64,000 nucleotides of DNA from Perna viridis (Eukaryota), in contig CM074516.1 in assembly GCA_037379345.1 (NCBI GenBank), positions 34,881,626-34,945,625 on the forward strand. The letters are read 5' to 3'. Both the position numbers and the translations under genes were made by a program. Shown piece after piece: positions 63,301 to 64,000 of the stretch. Position 1 is the stretch's first letter, and each line of letters starts with the position of its first letter. The notes below the pieces were generated by a model. That model made no database searches. It was not told the origin of the DNA and was given only the letters and a program-made list of their open reading frames with translations.

Positions 63301-63744
63301 AAGCTATCATCATATGATATGGTGCTGTAGTTATCACAAGGGTGTTGTTCTAGCTCTGTAAAATAAATCAATATCATAAAAACGTGCTTTCGTACTTTTT
63401 TTTGTGTAACTAAAATGCTTATTTTTTCATGGCAATCTAGTATATCTATAGTTTCATGATGAGTTTACATCATTTTCAATACAAAAGAGCATGAACATTA
63501 TTCTACTTCAGAAGATAAAACCCAAGCATTCATAAGCCCCCCGACATCTAGAGAATTACAATCAGTGACTTACCCATACAGTAACGTCCACAATTCTCTG
63601 ATCCCTTATTAGGCTCTAGGAAAGCTATATTAGAGTCATTACATTTCATCACATAGACATCCCAGCTTCTGTCACAATTAGAATCATTGCTGGCCATACA
63701 AGCTTCAACTGTTGTCATCTCTCCATAAAAATTTGGATATGACC
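157..63744 (-). CDS. Giant multi-exon gene (partial, open at both ends) encoding a tandem array of UMOD/GP2/OIT3-like D8C cysteine-rich domains; 70 exons, ~4,654 aa in window
   Basis: 70 exons with AG acceptors and GT/GC donors, all phase 1-1 with lengths divisible by 3, in strict N-half/C-half alternation. The joined pair has 8 Cys with WYRF, CG..x.P.W..G, AC and CGRYC motifs typical of the uromodulin/GP2/OIT3 D8C domain. Family assignment is from motif recognition, not a database search. Confidence 0.9.
774..938 (-). CDS. Exon E69, D8C C-half (D34)
   Basis: 165 nt, AG/GT; TFPTEYGE...CGRYCT. Confidence 0.9.
1321..1698. mobile_element. MITE (Tc1/mariner-type non-autonomous DNA transposon)
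   Basis: ~25-bp TIRs cagtccttgaaccgatccatgcaac / gttgcatggatcggttcaggtactg flanked by TA on both sides. Confidence 0.8.
2056..2310 (-). CDS. Exon E68, D8C N-half (D34)
   Basis: 255 nt; EALNTTWERSWTRPC...YPIWAE. Confidence 0.9.
2771..2932 (-). CDS. Exon E67, D8C C-half (D33)
   Basis: 162 nt; QQPEMDQE...CGRYCL. Confidence 0.9.
2965..3075. repeat. Dispersed repeat fragment, related copy at ~36190-36305
   Basis: gcaggtggatacaaccacagaggttgaccc resembles gcagcttgatacaactatagaggttgaaccc in a non-homologous intron. Confidence 0.5.
3455..3661 (-). CDS. Exon E66, D8C N-half (D33)
   Basis: 207 nt; ELAQDPCDNY...PIWMK. Confidence 0.9.
4244..4414 (-). CDS. Exon E65, D8C C-half (D32)
   Basis: 171 nt; QYPSEYAE...CGKYCT. 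Confidence 0.9.
5034..5279 (-). CDS. Exon E64, D8C N-half (D32; start of third higher-order repeat)
   Basis: 246 nt; EEGNIPWDVPC...RPIWLD. Confidence 0.9.
5764..5934 (-). CDS. Exon E63, D8C C-half (D31)
   Basis: 171 nt; DTLPTVDGE...CGRYCL. Confidence 0.9.
6393..6599 (-). CDS. Exon E62, D8C N-half (D31)
   Basis: 207 nt; EAQADPCNNY...SPVWING. Confidence 0.9.
7031..7195 (-). CDS. Exon E61, D8C C-half (D30), GC donor
   Basis: 165 nt; TYPTEYGE...CGRYCT; donor AG|GCAAGT. Confidence 0.85.
7583..8034. mobile_element. MITE with imperfect TIRs (copy at 28381-28834)
   Basis: gc(a)n tgtctgtttagggttac ... gaaacccgaaacagacata(t)n gcc. Confidence 0.65.
8052..8312 (-). CDS. Exon E60, D8C N-half (D30)
   Basis: 261 nt; EAQNTTWERSWTTPC...SPIWVD. 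Confidence 0.9.
8489..9653. mobile_element. Foldback-like element with ~250-bp degenerate inverted arms and a nested insertion
   Basis: 8489-8745 is the reverse complement of 9245-9376 plus 9534-9653 (e.g. gattgggtagcttgt/acaagctacccaaac; aaatctgccct/agggcagattt). Confidence 0.75.
9377..9533. mobile_element. Small MITE nested in the right arm of the foldback element
   Basis: Termini atagacc...ggtctat; interrupts the inverted-arm alignment. Confidence 0.55.
9772..9936 (-). CDS. Exon E59, D8C C-half (D29)
   Basis: 165 nt; SLPVTDGE...CGRYCT. Confidence 0.9.
10241..10441 (-). CDS. Exon E58, D8C N-half (D29)
   Basis: 201 nt; EPQEDPCNNY...DPIWMK. Confidence 0.9.
11460..11624 (-). CDS. Exon E57, D8C C-half (D28)
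   Basis: 165 nt; TYPTEYAEMSHMRVC...CGKYCT. Confidence 0.9.
13180..13455 (-). CDS. Exon E56, D8C N-half (D28)
   Basis: 276 nt; ESRNTTNSSSWDYPC...YPIWFD. Confidence 0.9.
13680..14840. repeat. Compound minisatellite (core acctagacagtatatcatcc) derived from the E55 donor end
   Basis: ~29/37/66-bp units; the core matches the exon end and donor at 14836-14851 (ctgacctagacagtat). Confidence 0.9.
14841..15005 (-). CDS. Exon E55, D8C C-half (D27)
   Basis: 165 nt; GLPTIDGE...CERTYCL. Confidence 0.88.
15457..15660 (-). CDS. Exon E54, D8C N-half (D27)
   Basis: 204 nt; ELAVDPCDNY...PFWLK. Confidence 0.9.
15868..16028. repeat. 57-bp tandem repeat, about 3 copies
   Basis: cagagacctt(c/t)caaggga(a/g)acag(g/t)tggtct(c/t)cttaca(c/g)aggtt at 15871, 15928, 15985. 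Confidence 0.85.
16156..16320 (-). CDS. Exon E53, D8C C-half (D26)
   Basis: 165 nt; TYPSSYGE...CGRYCM. Confidence 0.9.
17039..17326 (-). CDS. Exon E52, D8C N-half (D26)
   Basis: 288 nt; EPKEPVWTQTWDTPC...YPIWFN. Confidence 0.9.
17999..18160 (-). CDS. Exon E51, D8C C-half (D25)
   Basis: 162 nt; NFPTKENT...CGRYCL. Confidence 0.9.
19199..19402 (-). CDS. Exon E50, D8C N-half (D25)
   Basis: 204 nt; EQDIDPCSNF...NPIWMK. Confidence 0.9.
19606..19779 (-). CDS. Exon E49, D8C C-half (D24); possible in-frame alternative acceptor at 19872
   Basis: 174 nt; DGVYPTQYAE...CGRYCI. Confidence 0.85.
20534..20776 (-). CDS. Exon E48, D8C N-half (D24)
   Basis: 243 nt; EPGDIPWDVPC...PIWLD. Confidence 0.9.
21106..21276 (-). 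CDS. Exon E47, D8C C-half (D23)
   Basis: 171 nt; DTLPTVDQE...CGRYCL. Confidence 0.9.
21457..21663 (-). CDS. Exon E46, D8C N-half (D23)
   Basis: 207 nt; EPQADPCYNY...TVWIN. Confidence 0.9.
22126..22290 (-). CDS. Exon E45, D8C C-half (D22)
   Basis: 165 nt; TYPTEYGETSV...CGRYCT. Confidence 0.88.
22291..22555 (-). repeat. Three tandem echo copies (85-88 bp) of the E45 acceptor plus exon 5' end
   Basis: Extra AG|GTAC sites at 22375, 22463 and 22551. Confidence 0.9.
22862..23116 (-). CDS. Exon E44, D8C N-half (D22)
   Basis: 255 nt; EALNTTWERSW...YPIWTE. Confidence 0.9.
23381..23790. repeat. 50-bp minisatellite x8 related to the E43/E19 3' end and donor
   Basis: cacccctaacttagacattccttgtggattcagatgctggacactacagg units every 50 bp. 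Confidence 0.95.
23847..24008 (-). CDS. Exon E43, D8C C-half (D21)
   Basis: 162 nt; NLPEADKE...CGRYCQ. Confidence 0.9.
24443..24649 (-). CDS. Exon E42, D8C N-half (D21)
   Basis: 207 nt; EPAADPCDNY...EPIWMK. Confidence 0.9.
25040..25210 (-). CDS. Exon E41, D8C C-half (D20)
   Basis: 171 nt; QYPSEYAE...CGKYCT. Confidence 0.9.
25832..26077 (-). CDS. Exon E40, D8C N-half (D20; start of second higher-order repeat)
   Basis: 246 nt; EEGNIPWDVPC...RPIWLD. Confidence 0.9.
26562..26732 (-). CDS. Exon E39, D8C C-half (D19)
   Basis: 171 nt; DTLPTVDGE...CGRYCL. Confidence 0.9.
27191..27397 (-). CDS. Exon E38, D8C N-half (D19)
   Basis: 207 nt; EAQADPCNNY...SPVWING. Confidence 0.9.
27829..27993 (-). CDS. 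Exon E37, D8C C-half (D18), GC donor
   Basis: 165 nt; TYPTEYGE...CGRYCT; donor AG|GCAAGT. Confidence 0.85.
28381..28834. mobile_element. MITE, duplicate of 7583-8034
   Basis: Same TIRs; lies inside the 4-kb duplicated block. Confidence 0.65.
28852..29112 (-). CDS. Exon E36, D8C N-half (D18)
   Basis: 261 nt; EAQNTTWERSWTAPC...SPIWVD. Confidence 0.9.
29271..29577 (-). mobile_element. Decayed tRNA-derived SINE
   Basis: Minus strand shows an A-box-like tggtcttgtgg, a B-box ggttcaatccc, a taaagacttcaaaat core and an (aatc)n tail (plus-strand gattgattgattgatt). Confidence 0.6.
29949..30113 (-). CDS. Exon E35, D8C C-half (D17)
   Basis: 165 nt; SLPVTDGE...CGRYCL. Confidence 0.9.
30370..30645. repeat. 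Degenerate ~27-bp minisatellite
   Basis: Repeated aact(g/c)aact(t/c)a(t/c)tactgg. Confidence 0.8.
30712..30912 (-). CDS. Exon E34, D8C N-half (D17)
   Basis: 201 nt; EPQEDPCNNY...EPIWMK. Confidence 0.9.
31550..31750. mobile_element. MITE (second copy at 59041-59246)
   Basis: TIR ctgtgaaagtac/gtactttcacag with internal tttcgtgg and cacgaaaattggtacccc motifs. Confidence 0.75.
31993..32157 (-). CDS. Exon E33, D8C C-half (D16)
   Basis: 165 nt; TYPTEYAEMTH...CGKYCT. Confidence 0.9.
32967..33242 (-). CDS. Exon E32, D8C N-half (D16)
   Basis: 276 nt; ESRNTTNTTSWDYPC...YPIWFD. Confidence 0.9.
34033..34197 (-). CDS. Exon E31, D8C C-half (D15)
   Basis: 165 nt; SLPTVDRE...CERTYCL. Confidence 0.9.
34524..34727 (-). 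CDS. Exon E30, D8C N-half (D15)
   Basis: 204 nt; ELAVDPCDNY...PFWMK. Confidence 0.9.
35679..35843 (-). CDS. Exon E29, D8C C-half (D14)
   Basis: 165 nt; TYPSLYGE...CGRYCM; acceptor ttttaag. Confidence 0.88.
36721..37008 (-). CDS. Exon E28, D8C N-half (D14)
   Basis: 288 nt; EPKEPVWTQTWDAPC...YPIWFN. Confidence 0.9.
37475..37636 (-). CDS. Exon E27, D8C C-half (D13)
   Basis: 162 nt; NFPTKENT...CGRYCL. Confidence 0.9.
37987..38517 (+). mobile_element. Decayed Penelope-like retroelement reverse transcriptase fragment
   Basis: Manual translation with frameshifts and a stop: DLFLHSYEAD...SFLY/xDDIFLLNN...IYPK/LEIKDTTDTVNSVSYLDLHLEI...KLHDKCDDFKFHIVNFPF.SGNI...AY*VFVSQLIRYTKAC, matching the PLE RT Y-x-DD region and thumb. 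Confidence 0.8.
38797..39000 (-). CDS. Exon E26, D8C N-half (D13)
   Basis: 204 nt; EQDIDPCSNF...NPIWMK. Confidence 0.9.
39315..39488 (-). CDS. Exon E25, D8C C-half (D12)
   Basis: 174 nt; DGIYPTQYGE...CGRYCI. Confidence 0.9.
39970..40212 (-). CDS. Exon E24, D8C N-half (D12)
   Basis: 243 nt; EPGDIPWDVPC...PIWLD. Confidence 0.9.
40545..40695. repeat. ~29-bp tandem repeat x5
   Basis: ataggactcctgccatgacaga units. Confidence 0.85.
40718..40990 (+). mobile_element. 3' end fragment of the same Penelope-like family
   Basis: The start matches 38448-38515 (ttaagtt(a/g)tcactacagaa...ttatggttgt); inverted repeat gagcaact(cg)...(ca)agttgctc. Confidence 0.65.
41215..41385 (-). CDS. Exon E23, D8C C-half (D11), mosaic exon
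   Basis: 171 nt; DTLPSVDGE...CGRYCL. Confidence 0.9.
42591..42797 (-). CDS. Exon E22, D8C N-half (D11)
   Basis: 207 nt; EPQADPCNNY...TVWIN. Confidence 0.9.
43145..43309 (-). CDS. Exon E21, D8C C-half (D10)
   Basis: 165 nt; TYPTEYGE...CGRYCT. Confidence 0.88.
43310..43590 (-). repeat. Three tandem ~88-bp echo copies of the E21 acceptor plus exon 5' end
   Basis: Repeated caaaataaagttagaatcatt...gtctctccatact. Confidence 0.9.
43746..44006 (-). CDS. Exon E20, D8C N-half (D10)
   Basis: 261 nt; EALNTTWERSWTTPC...YPIWAQ. Confidence 0.9.
44861..45268. repeat. 51-bp minisatellite, about 8 copies
   Basis: caagccaccacgaagtaccctataaagtgaagtatgagtacatgtggaa units; 17-aa periodicity in the spurious ORFs. 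Confidence 0.95.
45405..45773 (-). repeat. ~64-bp tandem echoes (5-6 copies) of the E19 3' end plus donor site
   Basis: ggcaccccttaccttgacaatatctgcc...ctgaggttta at 45443, 45506, 45570, 45634, 45698. Confidence 0.92.
45774..45935 (-). CDS. Exon E19, D8C C-half (D9)
   Basis: 162 nt; HLPGIDQE...CGRYCQ. Confidence 0.9.
47720..47926 (-). CDS. Exon E18, D8C N-half (D9)
   Basis: 207 nt; PAEDPCDNY...EPIWMK. Confidence 0.9.
49168..49338 (-). CDS. Exon E17, D8C C-half (D8)
   Basis: 171 nt; QYPTEYAEKYNLTAC...CGKYCT. Confidence 0.9.
49658..49869. mobile_element. Non-autonomous DNA transposon with TTAA target duplication (Kolobok-like); inverted copy at 63802-64000
   Basis: ttaa|ggaggtagaccaagggtaag ... 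cttaccatagatctacatcc|ttaa. Confidence 0.75.
51410..51950. repeat. Degenerate tandem repeat (catacgttagcatggtaagaatt / catcagcatgagtagaga) interrupted by a dispersed repeat at ~51682-51830
   Basis: The insert shares aatcaagggaaccaaggtt...tccagggacaaa.accagacatg with 46390-46457 and gagcaactcgg with 40864. Confidence 0.7.
52751..52906. mobile_element. Palindromic MITE
   Basis: taaggagtgactgttatattttttcagtc / gaccgaaaaaatataccagtcatttctta, with nested internal inverted repeats. Confidence 0.75.
52964..53199 (-). repeat. Two ~117-bp echoes of the E16 3' end plus donor
   Basis: caccatc(a)agccatattggtctccatga...ctaggttctggtggtgatgt repeated at ~52965 and ~53081. Confidence 0.9.
53200..53445 (-). 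CDS. Exon E16, D8C N-half (D8; start of first higher-order repeat)
   Basis: 246 nt; EEGNIPWDVPC...RPIWLD. Confidence 0.9.
53804..53974 (-). CDS. Exon E15, D8C C-half (D7)
   Basis: 171 nt; DTYPTTMGQ...CGRYCL. Confidence 0.9.
54491..54697 (-). CDS. Exon E14, D8C N-half (D7)
   Basis: 207 nt; EFQEDPCYNY...TVWIN. Confidence 0.9.
55258..55422 (-). CDS. Exon E13, D8C C-half (D6)
   Basis: 165 nt; TYPTEYGE...CGRYCT. Confidence 0.88.
55815..56075 (-). CDS. Exon E12, D8C N-half (D6)
   Basis: 261 nt; EALNTTWDRFWDSPC...YPIWAQ. Confidence 0.9.
56636..56797 (-). CDS. Exon E11, D8C C-half (D5)
   Basis: 162 nt; HLPETDRE...CGRYCL. Confidence 0.9.
57582..57791 (-). CDS. Exon E10, D8C N-half (D5)
   Basis: 210 nt; EPAVDPCSNY...EPIWMK. 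Confidence 0.9.
58198..58368 (-). CDS. Exon E9, D8C C-half (D4)
   Basis: 171 nt; QYPTQYGE...CGRYCT. Confidence 0.9.
58693..58935 (-). CDS. Exon E8, D8C N-half (D4)
   Basis: 243 nt; EPGNIPWDVPC...SPIWLD. Confidence 0.9.
59041..59246. mobile_element. MITE, same family as 31550-31750
   Basis: tgtgaaaatac...gtactttcacagta, with shared internal motifs. Confidence 0.7.
59763..59930 (-). CDS. Exon E7, D8C C-half (D3)
   Basis: 168 nt; TFPEMEGT...CGRYCL. Confidence 0.9.
60218..60424 (-). CDS. Exon E6, D8C N-half (D3)
   Basis: 207 nt; EPQVDPCNNY...TVWVN. Confidence 0.9.
60772..60936 (-). CDS. Exon E5, D8C C-half (D2)
   Basis: 165 nt; TYPTEYAEMAV...CGKYCA. Confidence 0.9.
61517..61780 (-). CDS. Exon E4, D8C N-half (D2)
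   Basis: 264 nt; EAQNDTWTMQWDSPC...NPVWLE. Confidence 0.9.
61814..62348. repeat. ~24-bp minisatellite, about 22 copies
   Basis: gaagtttgatattataggatg(a/g)gg units. Confidence 0.95.
62577..62747 (-). CDS. Exon E3, D8C C-half (D1)
   Basis: 171 nt; SLPEVDRE...CIKRYCL. Confidence 0.9.
63149..63355 (-). CDS. Exon E2, D8C N-half (D1)
   Basis: 207 nt; ELEQHPCDNY...RPVWIK. Confidence 0.9.
63574..63744 (-). CDS. Exon E1, D8C C-half (D0; its N-half lies outside the window)
   Basis: 171 nt; SYPNFYGE...CGRYCM. Confidence 0.88.
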
Positions 63745-63801
63745 CTATAATAGAACAATTACCCTACTTACCTTCAATGTACATGAATTGTATGCATTTA
63801 A

Positions 63802-64000
63802 GGAGGTAGACCTAGGGTAAGGGACACAACTCTTACAAACCATTGGAATGTTTGTATTCAGCATTTTACATCCATCTCATGTAAGCACCAAAGTAACTTG
63901 GACTAGTTTCATTCTCTTTCAAAGGGAAGCTTGAAAGGCTTTGGTGAAATTGAATATGATACAAACATAACACTGATTTCAAGAGTTATGCCCCTTACCA
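63802..64000. mobile_element. TTAA-flanked MITE, inverted copy of 49658-49869 (truncated by the window end)
   Basis: ttaa|ggaggtagacctagggtaagggacacaactct; the body is the reverse complement of 49670-49860. Confidence 0.75.

Noticed and set aside
157-63744. Interpretation as a cluster of many small single-domain genes
   Set aside because: No start, signal or stop exons between units; every unit has splice sites at both ends in compatible phase; the Met starts in the ORF track are intronic or internal

Overview
AT-rich eukaryotic genomic DNA; the repeat and transposon content suggests a bivalve mollusc (inference). The whole window lies inside one very large minus-strand gene, with no start, signal peptide or stop in view. 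By hand I delimit 70 internal coding exons (E1 63744-63574 down to E70 363-157). All are phase 1-1 with lengths divisible by 3, AG acceptors and GT donors (two GC donors), and total 13,962 nt, about 4,654 codons. Exons alternate strictly between an N-half (3 Cys; PC...C...WY/FR/KF...CG...P/V.W..G) and a C-half (5 Cys; P...AC...C..W.V.VM.C...L....C.RYC). Each pair encodes one UMOD/GP2/OIT3-type D8C (8-cysteine) domain, giving 34 complete and 2 half domains in tandem. Two domain subtypes alternate, and a 12-domain (24-exon) higher-order repeat occurs twice completely and once partially. Equivalent exons are about 94-97% identical while most of their introns are unalignable. One ~4.07-kb block is ~99% identical and is bounded by exon edges, and some exons are mosaics. 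Many introns carry tandem 'echo' copies of the adjacent splice site and exon end, some amplified into minisatellites. Introns also hold MITEs, a foldback element, a tRNA-derived SINE and Penelope-like RT fragments.
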